Below are positions 13,740 through 38,000 of a DNA stretch of 64,000 nucleotides, in pieces (positions within the stretch are counted from its first letter, which is position 1; each line of letters begins with the position of its first letter). The position numbers and the translations under genes are program-made. Below the pieces are notes generated by a model that worked only from the letters and a program-made list of their open reading frames with translations, searched no databases and was not told where the DNA came from. The DNA is from Flaccisagitta enflata (taxonomy: Eukaryota): assembly GCA_965153355.1 (NCBI GenBank), contig OZ231126.1:9610001-9674000 (forward strand), given 5' to 3'.

Positions 13740-14353
13740 ATCCAAAGGGCCGATGTCCTGTAGGACACAGGGGTGAATTTCCATACGTACGTACGTACGT
13801 CCGTCCGTCCGTCCCCCCCCCCGAAGCTTCTCAAGCCTCTCAAATCCAGCCTCTCAGGCCTCAAATCCAGCCTCTCAGGCCTCAAATTTGGCCTCTCAGG
13901 CCTCAAATCCAGCCTCTCAGGCCTCAAATCCAGTCTCCCAGGCCTCAAATCCAGCCTCTCAGGCCTCAAATCCAGCCTCTCAGGCCTCAAATTCTGCCTC
14001 TCAGGCCTCAAATTCTGTCTCTCGGGCCTCAAATCCGGCCTCGTGGGCCTCAAATCCAGCCTCTCAGGCCTCAAATCCAGCCTCTTTGGTCTCTAATCCA
14101 GCATCTTGGGCCTTATATCCAGCCTCTCAGACCTCAAGTTCCCATTGAATAACATGGAAAATTGACAAAAAATTGAAAAAAATGCAAAATTCCTAAATGT
14201 GCCCTCTCAGGACGTATGGAAATTTACCCCTGTGTCCTACAGGACATCGGCCCTTTGGGGCCGCTGCCCTGCTCTCACTCCACTTCTTTAGCTAATCACT
14301 CCAAGCAGGGCATCGGGTACCGCTGACCATGTGCGATCCTTGGATGACTTGTT
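13740..14353 (+). mobile_element. Non-autonomous element with about 44-bp subterminal inverted repeats and an internal 21-bp array (CTCTCAGGCCTCAAATCCAGC)n
   Basis: Inverted repeat AAGGGCCGATGTCCTGTAGGACACAGGGG (about 13746) versus CCCCTGTGTCCTACAGGACATCGGCCCTT (about 14227). Relatives at about 4620-5015, 8298-8610, 10200-10815, 36973-37545, 51520-51810. Confidence 0.7.
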
Positions 14354-14461
14354 ACAAATTCTACGCCTTTATCTTGTGACCCGCTGCCTCAGCCAATGAC
14401 AGGACTGAGCCTTTTCTGTCACGACCACAGACAACCTCAAGCTTTCCGCACGTAACTGAAG

Positions 14462-26000
<11,539 letters not shown>

Positions 26001-26354
26001 ACGAGGGCACACTAGAGGGATGCGTATAAGTCATGGGGAACATGAAATCATGATATCAACCATACAGAAGGATTCATGGCATTTAATGTAAAACTACTGA
26101 ATCATGCAGGTGGTAACATTCTTTTAACGATGGTTTTCAATGAATAGAATCAATTCTGGAATTTTCCATTCTGTATTTTGTTCCACTCCTTATAACATTC
26201 CATCTTCCCCATCACTGCAGTAAATACTTGTAGATTCATTATATGGCCCCTTGTTTTCTTACTTAAACTCAAATGAAACTGTAGCGCCACACTTATAATA
26301 GTTGCTATTATGTCTTTTATTCTAATATGAAAATGCCAGCAAGAGTTCTGTGCA

Positions 26355-26455
<101 letters not shown>

Positions 26456-26759
26456 AAGAGGATCATGACGCTTCCCCATCCAATCGGGATAAAGGCCTCA
26501 ACATCTAGCTAGCTTGTTTTGTTCTCTTCTGATGTCAGTCGAGGGACAGAGTCTCGATGAGAAAAAAAGTCTCAAAATTATAATTTTGATTTTCTTCCTA
26601 CGCAAAAACGAGCCGATGACACTCCAAATTTTTTCGACATTTTGAAAAATCAAACTTTCTTTTTACGATTTTCGTCGAAAAAACTACAACTAACGCCCAA
26701 AAAAGGGGCGTAATCCGACCATTTTTGTAACCCCTACATACAAAGCAGTAACTCAATCA

Positions 26760-26880
26760 AGGGTCCAATAAAGTGACGACGCGAAGCTTCTTGGAAGCGC
26801 CCAATCTGGAGGCTGATTGGCCGATAGAATTTGGCGAATCAGCGGCGGTTGCTTCTCAATCATCGACGTCAATACATAAA
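26760..26880 (+). promoter_or_regulatory. Possible HEXIM promoter (clustered CCAAT/ATTGG boxes, GACGTCA)
   Basis: CCAAT at about 26765 and 26801, ATTGG at about 26816, CRE-like GACGTCA at about 26865, about 500 bp upstream of the ATG. Motif-level evidence only. Confidence 0.35.
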
Positions 26881-27326
26881 ACACCCAAAAGTTTTAATTT
26901 GCATTGTAGCTCCATTCCCGGGGATCGAGAATTGGGTTATAGAGAGAAAAGAGAGACTTCGAAGTTCGAAACTTATAGATAAGTGAGACCCAAGATAGAA
27001 AGAGGAAAATAACCAATTGATCGAAAAACGGATTTACAGACATATAAATCACCAGGAAGACGAGAGTAAGAGAGAGAGAGAATAAGTTTTGCGTGAGGAC
27101 AAGAAGAAAAGGAGAGAAAACACTCAGAAATAAATCAAGGTGAAGAGAAAAGAATAAACACCCTTTACTGGGTGCAGGCCTGTTCAGCAATTTACAAGCC
27201 AAAACTTGGCAGGAAGGAAACCTCTCTCTCTCTCTCTCTCCTCAATCGGAGAAAAAGAGTTGAAGGAGAGAAGTTGCGCAAAACTCGCAGTCGACTGAAG
27301 AGTTCTTTTAGAAATAGAGAGCGGAA

Positions 27327-28053
27327 ATGGAAGTTATTCCAGAAAGCGATTCAGTCCCAGTTGCTGCAGAGAGCAGACAGATGGAAGTTGCTACAAAGAG
27401 TAACGAGAAAATGGAAGTTGCAACAGAGAGAAACGAAAAGATAGAAGTTGCGGTAGGAAATCGACACGGACGGACGGAGGTCACAGCATGCAGCAAACCG
27501 ATGGAAATTGCCGCAGACAGCTTACAAATAGACGGTATGACAGAGAGCAGACCGACAAACATCGCGACTGAAGGAAACAAAGCAGGCAATCATAAAGTGG
27601 TTGAGTTTGGCGTTGACGAAGAAGAAATGCCCTCGAGGCCTCCTAAAGAGAGGAAGCTTCAGAACGGAGGTGGTAGAGGAGGAGGAAGGGGTGGGAAAGG
27701 AGGAAGATCTAGAAGACGAAGAAGAAGCATGAGCAGCGCGGATAAGGCGCATGTAGGAAATGGCGCAGATGGCGGAGATGCCGCAGCGCAGTCAAGTGGC
27801 GGACCGTCATCCAACGCTCCGTCGACCAGCGCCGGCCCTAAGGGCAAGCCAGAAGACGAACAAAGCAGCAGCGGAGGAGGAGGAGGAGCGGCGGCGGCAG
27901 CAGGGAAGAAGAAAAAACCAAGAAGACGTCAACGTCATAAACGAGGAGGAAGACATTCACATCAACAAAACCATAAATGGAAACCTTATGATAAGCTCAC
28001 CTGGGCAGAAAGGAGGGCACTTGAGGTGGGTGGATGTGTACGTTTGCGTGTGC

Positions 28054-28112
<59 letters not shown>

Positions 28113-30579
28113 GCAAGGGTATGCAACTAGATCCAAAACGTATACTACTATACATGTATATCAGGAACGGGAAACTCGTCGTGCGTTACGCGTGCGTCAA
28201 GAGCGGTTCGCCATCGGACTTCCGGTGGCCCCTTACAACACGACGCAATTCCTCATGGAAGACCACAACAACGACGGAGGAGAACCCAAACTCACTCCTC
28301 CGCATCTCATACCCAAAAAGAAAGGCGAGTTTAGACACACAGACAGACGAGAGTTTCAAGTTTCAGCTTTTGTTTCATTTAATGAAATAATTTCTTTCGA
28401 CCCAGGGGTGTATATAGTTGAGCGGCTTTTGATTTTATTCCCCCCCCCTGCCTTTGATTTTCTTCCCCGCGACGCATCGCGTTGCATTACAAAATCTTTG
28501 ATTTTCTTCCCCTCAAAGCAATAAAACAGTATATTTTAGGTTCAAATAGTGTTAAATTGTATTGTAGTAATTGCATTTTACCTTTTAGTACTACCAAAAG
28601 TTTTCTTTTTTCTTTTTTTCAAACTTTTGATTTTCTTCCCCATCTCCAAACTAGGGATGTGGAAGCGATTGACCGCTTCCATTTTGGAGGGTGGGATAGC
28701 TACTAGTATTTGAACTACAAAATGGAAGCGGAAGCGGAAGCGGTGGAAGCGGCACTTAAATCGACCGCTTCCACATCCCTACTCCAAACCCTTTGATTTT
28801 ATTCCCCCCCCCACCGGGGGGGGGGAGGAATACTCAACTTTATACACCCCTGTTTCGACCCAAAACGGAGATATACTATCTAAAAAATAGAAATGTTCCC
28901 GCACGTTTTGATGCATAGATCCTAAACGATTTAAATAATTTTGAAAAAATCGGTGATCAAATTAAAGCCCTTCAAATTTCCAAGCGAATTGTGCAAACCG
29001 CGTGTCTCTATCTCAATGGGCTTAAAAGTTATTTCACTTTGAATGAAATTGTTCCTTTTGAAAGTTTCTTTAAAACATGTGCCGCGGATTATTAAGTTAA
29101 GAATTAAAAGCAAGAAAAACATACTTCTGGTTGGCCGATCATGATAAAATTTTTACTGTAGTAGGACAAAGGTTTGGAAACTCTCCACTTCAAATTTTAG
29201 CACACCAGGCCGACAAGAAGTATGCTTTTCATACTTTTTTTTGTGTGTGTGTGTTTTCCGCCAAAATTTGGCGCATCTGTCTGGAGGCCTGGTATGTCAT
29301 CACTTCAAACTTTACAAATCGCTTCCCTGACCAATGGCGGCCATAATTTAGCTAGAAGGAACCCACACTATTAATTGATAGATTTGTGATTGACTGGTAT
29401 TTGTTAACAAGTCAATAAATTGATTGAATTCAGAGGTGGGAACATTTCCATTTTTTAGATAGTATGTGGTCTCTACATTCTACGCCTCAATGAACGAAGA
29501 CATTTCTCTCTTTACATTTAATCCAGTCTCACATAAAATTGAGTCAAAATCTGGAAATCAATCTCGTAATTGACTAGTTTGCTATTCCTTCAGGCCCCCG
29601 CGAGCGTCGTTGCTCCGCGCCTGGTGGCAGCGGCGATGAGGTGGTTGATGGATCGGCTCCCGCTTGTCCCGGTGGAGACCAATGCCAATGTCCGGAAGCG
29701 TCCGAGTCGAGTGAATATGAATACGACGACGACTACGTCGACTCGGCATTCCTAGCAAAGGAAGAGGAGGAATTCTCGCAGGTGTCATTTTGGTTATGAA
29801 TTTCATGCATACATAATCACAAATATACATAGACACAAACATACATACGTATTACAAACATACACAGATACATACAATCCAGTATTTATAAAACCGAATC
29901 TCGATTCGCCGAGCTCAAAGCCTGGTAACAACCTTTCCTTTCCCACCCCCCCCCCCACCCCCCACGGAATTCTCCACTCAGGTTTATGATAAAATTCACG
30001 CGGAGAGCTTACACAACATGTCGAAGAATCAACTGGTCATCGAATACATGGAACTCGAGGCCAAGTTGGAGGAAATGACCAAGAACATACGCAGAGGTGA
30101 GAATTATGATATGATGATATTGCGATTTATTCAAAACGCATTTCATGCATGGTACAGATTCACTGCTTGCTAATAACGTCCCATTGCAGAGGATTCTCCT
30201 TGGCCGATTGGACAAAGGGCGTACCATGGAGGGAATGGTGATGGAGGACCAGTCTTCAACTACAACACACCGCCACCCGTCAGAAGCGCCACCACCACCA
30301 CTACATCCAGTAAGACCCGATATTTTTAAAAATCGGCTCACTGTTAATTGCAATCGCAATTCTCTGGACGACCCATCTTTACTTTTTGTTTCGTTTCCCA
30401 ATACAGCCGAAGAAGAATTGACCACCTTGCGGGAAAAAGTAGAAATGTTGGAGAAGGAAAACAAAAGAATGAAAGAAGAAATGCGTCGTCTTTGCAGCCT
30501 CAGCGTCGCGGCTGCCATCGCGTCAGACGTGACCACCGATCTAGATGACGGAGGAGGAGGAGGAGGAGACGAACTGTAA
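27327..30579 (+). CDS. HEXIM: HEXIM (7SK snRNP P-TEFb inhibitor), about 484 aa
   Basis: Exons 27327-28025, 28165-28324 (GC donor), 29594-29781, 29982-30096, 30190-30309, 30407-30579. Basic region KKKKPRRRQRHKR, WKPYDKLTW, PVAPYNTTQFLMEDH (PYNT motif), acidic region, and coiled coil YDKIHAESLHNMSKNQLVIEYMELE matching the cyclin T-binding region of HEXIM proteins. Confidence 0.93.
28403..28852. mobile_element. hAT-like MITE with 8-bp TSD TTTCGACC
   Basis: TIRs CAGGGGTGTATATAGTTGAG / CTCAACTTTATACACCCCTG; TSD at 28395-28402 and 28853-28860. Relatives at about 360-512 and 38248-38515. Confidence 0.8.
28652..28781. mobile_element. 130-bp hAT-like MITE nested in the previous MITE, 8-bp TSD CTCCAAAC
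   Basis: TIRs TAGGGATGTGGAAGCG / CGCTTCCACATCCCTA. Relatives at about 3000-3147 and 58917-59000. Confidence 0.8.
28873..29465. mobile_element. TIR element (MITE) in HEXIM intron 2
   Basis: ATACTATCTAAAAAATAGAAATGTTCCC versus GGGAACATTTCCATTTTTTAGATAGTAT; internal similarity to about 33765-34355. Confidence 0.65.
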
Positions 30580-31607
30580 GAGTAACGCCAAAGATCAATG
30601 TTAAATTCAAGAACCACATTCTCTTGTTTTATTGTTTAATACTTGCCCTTGTTTATCATGTATTCACCCAAGAAGGAGTAACCCACGGAAAAAAACAAAA
30701 TTCCATTGAAATAAACGGACCATGAATGATAATCAGCGCTATTTATTTTTCTTTTTTTATAACGCCTAAAAAGAGAGATGTTGGCAATTTAAATTAGACA
30801 AGCCATTCATTAGCAGTGACACATAAAGTGACGCTGGGTCACAGCATAGTTTTCTCTGGACAGGGGCGTCCTACCCCCATCCACATCCAATACCACAACC
30901 TCACATTCACAAAAACTATCTTAAACGTCTGTTTTCCCACTTTTGTATTCAAAGTCACAGACCAACGAACGGTCCTGTGGACGTGGAGACAAAACCTTTT
31001 AAAAGAGTTGCGTATCCGCGACTATTAAACGCTTTGGAAGGCCTTAAGCAACTGATATGATGGAATGATCGAGACAGCGACTGATGGAATCGTGTGAAGC
31101 AAGTTATGAATGAAAGATTAGCAATTTCAAAACGAATGTGCCAAGGCATGAATGTAGGAAGGTGGTTGGACTGAGGAAGTCGGGATTAGCCGTATAGCCC
31201 AGCATTAACGTTGGCGTGACTAACGGACGGACAGACGAGATCTCTTTTAGACGTGAGAGGCTGCACTTAGAAAAAAGGTTTCATGAGAGCAACGTTGCAT
31301 GCACGGGTTGGAACTTACAATCGACACATAACTAATGAAGCGGGGTTGACATTATTGTTCTGGACTGGTGGGCAGGGGCATCCAACCCCCATCCACACCC
31401 CATGCACCAACACAAACACCCATAAAAAAAACATCTTAAACGCTTGTTTTTCCACTTTCCAACTCGTGCGTTACGGGCAGACCGACGGACAAAGCCTCTT
31501 ATAGAGTTGCGTGTCCGCAACTAAAAAATGACAATGAGGCAAAGGAATAAACAAAAGTCTCCCCGGTTTCTTAAGGACCTCAAAATCACAAACAATAAAA
31601 ATATCCA

Positions 31608-33170
31608 CAACTACATAACTTCATACTACATACTTAACATACTACACACTTACTACATACTTACATACTACATACTTACATACTTACCTAATTACATACT
31701 TACATATTTACATACTTGCATACATACATACTAACATATTCACTACATACTTACATACATACTACATACTTACATACTTACATACTTACATACATACTTC
31801 ATACATACATACTTACATACATACATACATACTTACATACCTACATACTTATTACATACATACATACTTACATACATACTCACATACTTACATACTTGCC
31901 TACATACCTACTTACATACATACTTTCATACATGCCCACATCCATACTTACCTACATACTCCTACATACATTACATACTTACATACATACTCACATACCC
32001 ATGCCACACATACCCATATGTTCCCACATACCCCATACTTACATACTTACCTACATACTACATACTTACATACTTACATGCCTACTTACATCTTACATAC
32101 ATACCATGTAATACTTACATACTCACCCATACTCACATGCTTACATACATACTTACATACCCATACTTACATACTTACATGCCTACATACATACTTACCA
32201 CATACTTACATACATACTACATACTTACATACTTCCATCCTACTTACATACTTACATACATACCCACCTACATGCCCACATACTTACACGCACATACTTA
32301 CATATTTACATACATACTTACCTACATACTTACATACTTACATACTTACATACACATACTTACATACATACCCACACATGTATACTTACCTACATACATA
32401 TACATACTCACATACTTACATGCTACTGCCACATATACATACCACATGCCACATACTTACATGCCACATACCCACATACACCTACATACTCATGTACATA
32501 CAACTTACATACTTACTTACATACTTACTTACATACTTACTTACATACTTACATACTTACATACTCACATACCTACATACTTACATACTTACTTACATAC
32601 TTACATACTTACATACTTACCTACATACTCACATACTCACATACTCACATACTTACAAACTTACATACTTACATACATACTTACATACTTACATACTTAC
32701 ATACTTACATACTTACATACATACTTACATACTTACATACTTACATACTTACATACTTACATACTTACATACTTACATATTTACATACTTACATACTTAC
32801 ATACTTACATACTTACATACTTACATACTTACCTACATACTCACATGCTTACCTACATACTTATATACTTACATACTTACATGCTGCCATACTTACACAC
32901 CTACATACTCATACTACCTACTCACATACTTACATACTTACATACTTACATACTTACATACTTACGTACTTACATACTTACGTACTTACATACTTACTTA
33001 CATACTTACATACTTACCTACATACTCACATACTTACATACTTACGTACTTACATACTTGCATACATACTTACTTACATACTTACATACTTACCTACATA
33101 CTCACATACTTACATACTATCTCTGAAAGTTACATACTACAACCTTATACTACATAACTTCATACTACAA
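31608..33170. repeat. (ACATACTT)n / (ACAT)n satellite, about 1.55 kb
   Basis: Degenerate 4- and 8-bp tandem array, most homogeneous at about 32500-33110. Confidence 0.95.
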
Positions 33171-33720
33171 CTTCATACTTCATAACGTCTGTCCCAAAAA
33201 AAGTTAGATTCTGAACCAATAACGAGTGTCCAATAAAAAGTTGACAAAATACCCAAAATTCTCAAAAATACCCAAAAAGTTAACAAAATACCCAAAATAC
33301 CCAAAATACCTAAGTTTTCCCAAAAATACCCAAAAATACCCAAAGGTTCCCCAAAATTCCCCAAAATACCCAAAAATAATCAAAAATACCCACAAGAACC
33401 CAAAAATATCTTAAAATATCCTAAAGTACCTTAAGTACTTAGAATAACTTGAGTACCTTAAAGTACCCTGAAGTACCCTAAAGTCCCCTGAAATACCCTA
33501 GAGTACCTTAAATTACCTTAAAATACCTTAAAAAGTCATAATTTTAACAATGTGACGGACCGACGGACGGACGGACGGACGGACAGACCGACCTACCGAC
33601 CGACACGGCAAGGTGTAGAGTCGCGTGCACGCGACTAAAAATGACAATGAGGCAAAGGAATAAACAAAAGTCTCCCCGGTTTCTTAAGGACCTCAAAATC
33701 ACAAACAATAAAAATATCCA

Positions 33721-35013
33721 GGATCATGTAACAATTGTGGGATTTTACCATCCACTTCGTACTACTATATTGGAAAAAAAAATCTTCTGCCCTGTAATAA
33801 AAACATAAACGTCGGCATGAAAAATTATATAAATCAGTTACAAATCTCTGAATAATTAATGTTAGCTCCCTTTGACTGAATCAGGGTCACCATTTGTCAG
33901 GGAAAGGATTTGTGGAGCTTCTTGATGTTTTTTGGAGTTATTGGTCACCCAATCATTCTCACAAATTTTTTTAATTTCTTCGCCCCCTACTTATGCACTC
34001 ATAGCCACCAGAAGACACATCAAATTGTGAAAAAATCAGTGACTTAGATGAAGCCCTTCAAATTTGCAAGCTGTCTATGCAAACCGCATCTGTCTAGCTC
34101 ATTACGTGTAGAAGAGATTTAAAAAACAGTAATGTGATCTCATTTAAAGTTTGTATAGAAATGGCACAAGCGAAGTTGAAGTATTTCAATCAAAGTTGAA
34201 TAACTTTTATATGCATCCAGCTAGAGGGATGTGGTTTGTGTAAATCTCTTGCACGTTTCTTGGGCTTTAATCAACTCACCAATTTTTCATGATTGGTCGA
34301 TTTTAATCAGATATACAAGTAAACGTGCCGGAAGATTTTTTTTTCCAAGATAGTAGATCAATTTTGACCCCAGGACTCCGAATCTGCAGTCAAAATGGTC
34401 TCAGGTCAATATCTGATGATCTACCGCTTCATATCTCAGGTTAAACCACTACATAAGGTCAAATTTTCAAAATTGGAAATTCGTCCATCGAATTGCAGAT
34501 TCAAAGTCCCTGCAAAAAGCCCTAATGTCTTTCTTTTTTTGAAATTTTGATTGGAATACAATCAAAATTAGTGTAACATCAACAAGGCCGGATACACGGC
34601 AATTCAGTCGCGAACGATTGGGCAGGAAGAGCAATGCGAAAACCGCTCGGAATTCAAAAATGTGACCTACCGACCAACCGACCTACCGACTGACCAACCT
34701 ACCGACCAACACGGCAAGATGTAGAGTCGCGTGTCCGCGACTAAAAACAGAGTAAAATTGTTCACATGTCTAAAATCGGCCTTACTTTGATTGATAGTCA
34801 AAATTGACTATGTTCCAATCAAAATTTGAAAAACTCTTTAATTTGAAAGTTTTTTGAGAATTTAACCTTATATACTATTTTGAACTGAGAAATGTAGCAG
34901 TAGCCTTTCAAAATCCTGACCTGAGACCATTTTTGGCTTCGGATTCGGATTTCTGGGGTCAAAATTGGTTCAGTAGGGATGGATGTTAAAATCCCACAAT
35001 TGTTACATGATCC
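33721..35013. mobile_element. TIR DNA element with 33-bp TIRs and nested insertions
   Basis: GGATCATGTAACAATTGTGGGATTTTACCATCC (33721-33753) and its reverse complement with one mismatch (34981-35013). Contains another TIR element and a DINE-like copy. Confidence 0.7.
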
Positions 35014-38000
35014 CGAATGTTTTAATCACGAACATGGCCAAGTAGGATGGACAGAGCCTCTTGAAGAACGTGCGTTGGCGCATGTAAAAAGATTTTGGAC
35101 AAAGTCAAAGTACCGAAACAACCGGCAGCTTAAGTGACTGGTAGAGCGCGACCCAAATATCTTTCGGCGGTTTTAAGGCTGAGTTTTGGGTTTGAGAATA
35201 CAGTTGAACCCCGCTCTGACGGACCCGCTTCTAACGGAATTCCGCTTATAAAAGATACCTACTATTGTCCCTTCAATCTGTTACCTATTATCTTTTATTT
35301 TGGCTGTAACAGAATTCCACCTATAACAGATAAACAGTCAGTGGACAAAACGACAGTTGTGTATATTGCTTTAGCATGTCATAATTCTGTAGTAAGGTAA
35401 TTTTAACACAATGATATTGCTGAGAATAAAAATGTTTTTCATCATTTAAATGTTCTGATGTTTGAAATATTCCCAAGAGTAAAAATGACCGTATCAAAAT
35501 TGAGGATTTATTAAATATTAAAAAGGTTAAAAAGTTACTTGATAAAAAGCGTATTAAAACTTAATGATATATTACTGTAATTATTCGAAGCTAATTTAAG
35601 ACCTTTTTTAAATGCTACAAGACATTCATCTTTCTGAAAATTTCACCCTTGGTCAGTTTGTGGCCTACCCAAATTTTGAGGTGTAACCAATGCGGCAATA
35701 TGCTACTCCCGCTAGATTTTCACTCCCGGCTATCTCTCCAACCACTTCTGGCTTCCAACTCCTTTCTTCCCGGCACTTAGTCCATTCCTCTCCACTTATC
35801 TCCTCCAACTTCTCTCTTGCCCCTCCCCAGACTCCTCTTCTGTAATTCCCGCCTCTTCCCTCTCCCACTCTCTAACTCTCCCGCCAATCCTGCTCTCCCC
35901 TCCTGCTGCTACTCCTACCCTCCCGCTATTCCGCCCATCCGGCTATTCCGCCAATCCCGCTCCTCTCGCTCCTCCCGCTCCCGCAACTCCCGCTCCTCCC
36001 CCAGTAACTCCCGCTCCTTCCGCTTCCGCAACTCCCGCTCCTCCCGCTTCCGCAACTTCCGCTCCTCTCGCTTCCGCAACTCCCGCTCCTTCCGCAACTC
36101 CCGCTCCTCCCGCTTCCGCAACTCCCGCTTCCGCAACTCCCGCTTCCGCAACTCCCGCTTCTCCCGCTTCCGCTCCACTCGCACCCGCAACTCCCGCTCC
36201 CGCATTTCCCGCTTTCCAAACTTTTGTAAAATCAAAAAAGAGAGAGAAAAAAAAAGAAGAAAATGAGAAACGACGAAAAAAAAGAGAAAAAAGACAAAGA
36301 AACAAACAGAGAGAACAAAGAAAATAGGAGGAGAGAGAAAAGGATTAGGTGAAGGACGAAAGATGGAAATGATGAAAGAAAGAAACCAATGGAAAGAAAA
36401 AAAGAGAGAAAGGAAGACATAAAAAAAAGAAGGGAAACGGGAAAAAAACTAGGAAGTAGAAATGGAAAGCAGAAAGAAGGAAAGAAAGAGAAAAAGAAAA
36501 AAAAAAGAAAAAAAGAAAAAAAGAAAAATAAAAAAGAAACGAACAAACAAACAAACAGATAGTCGCGTGCTACGCAAATCTACTACCAGAATTTAAAAAA
36601 ACGCAACTTTTTGATAAAAGAGCTTGAATTGGACTCAATTTTTCTTCTGAGTAGCTTTTTGCGAGCTGGTTTGGTTTATTGGAGTTTCTGTGCATCATAT
36701 CAATGAGTTTTAGCCATCAGAATCAAGTTGACGTAGAGAAACAGCCATGCTAAAGTGACATGTACTCAACTTATTTTCGCCTTTGATTTTGAGTTCAATC
36801 CATAACGATCTTAAAGGTTTTATCACATTAAATTATAGTCGGTGCTTCATTTTTCATCATAGACATTGAGGAACTCAAATATAGGAACTATAAAAGCAGA
36901 CAGCTTGGGTAGAACAATGCTCGATTGCTCATGGCAGTGCAATAACTCTATCATCTTCACCTCAAAACATCCTTTTTGGGCAGCGGCCCCGAAGGGGTCG
37001 ATGACCTATGCTTTCACACATATGGGGGATTTTCTCCTTCTTCTCCTCCTTCTTCTAAGTCTCCCCCCCCCTCAAATCCCAGCTCCGAGGACTAAATTCC
37101 AGTCTCGAGGCTCAAATCCCAGTTTTGAGGCCCACATCCCAGCGTCAAGGCCTAAATCCTTACCTCAAGGCCTAAATCCTAGCCTAGAGGCCCAGATTTC
37201 AGTCTTGAGGCCCAAATCTCAGCCTCAATGTCAAAATCACAGCCAAGAGGCCCAGATCCTGGCCTTGAGGCCCAAGACTCAGCCTCCAGGCTAGTATTTG
37301 GGCCTTGAGGCTAGCATTTGGGCCTTGAGCCTGGGATGTAGGCCTCAAGACTGGGATTTGAGCCTCGAGACTGGTAGGAGACAGATTTGAGGGGGATGGA
37401 GGAGGAGGAAGGAGAAGGAAAATCTCCCATAAGTGTACATGGCATGGGTCATCAATTTTTCAGGGCCGCTATGCTCCTCCAGCTTCGCCACTCTTTTAGG
37501 CAAGGCACGAGTACCGCTGACCATCTAACGCTTTTGCGACTATTTTTCCTCTTTTTGCATTTTGAAATTTTGACTCATGCACCTTCATTTGAGTGTAACT
37601 TCTAAACGAATAAAGCTACAGATGTGGGATTGCGCTCAAAAGAAAGCCCTCGAAAAAAGCTTCAATTTGGTCACCAATAAGTCATGTCCCAAGTGAACCA
37701 AAGGCGCAAAAATTACCTATAGAAAAACTTGCGTTTTTTAGGTGCGACAAAGCACATCTATAACTGGCTGTGTCCGTTGGTCTGTCTGTCTGTCTGTGGG
37801 GTAACGCATTCATTCGACGATCCACACGTCGCACCTTATTGGCCTACTTGGCCTTGTTTTAATTCGCGTAGTACACCCCGCTTTGTCCATTGGTCGATCA
37901 GAGTCTGTAAGTCTGTCGTTCACATTTTACTTTTTCATGAATCTTGTAATATGACCTCACTGCCCCTACCCAAATGGCCTCGTGGCCTCAAATATGGCTC

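Noticed and set aside
13715-14152. PQIQPLR / LKSSLSG repeat ORFs
   Set aside because: Open in several frames on both strands because the 21-bp unit lacks stops; lies inside a dispersed element.
31716-33157. Long TYLH-rich ORFs
   Set aside because: Satellite translation.
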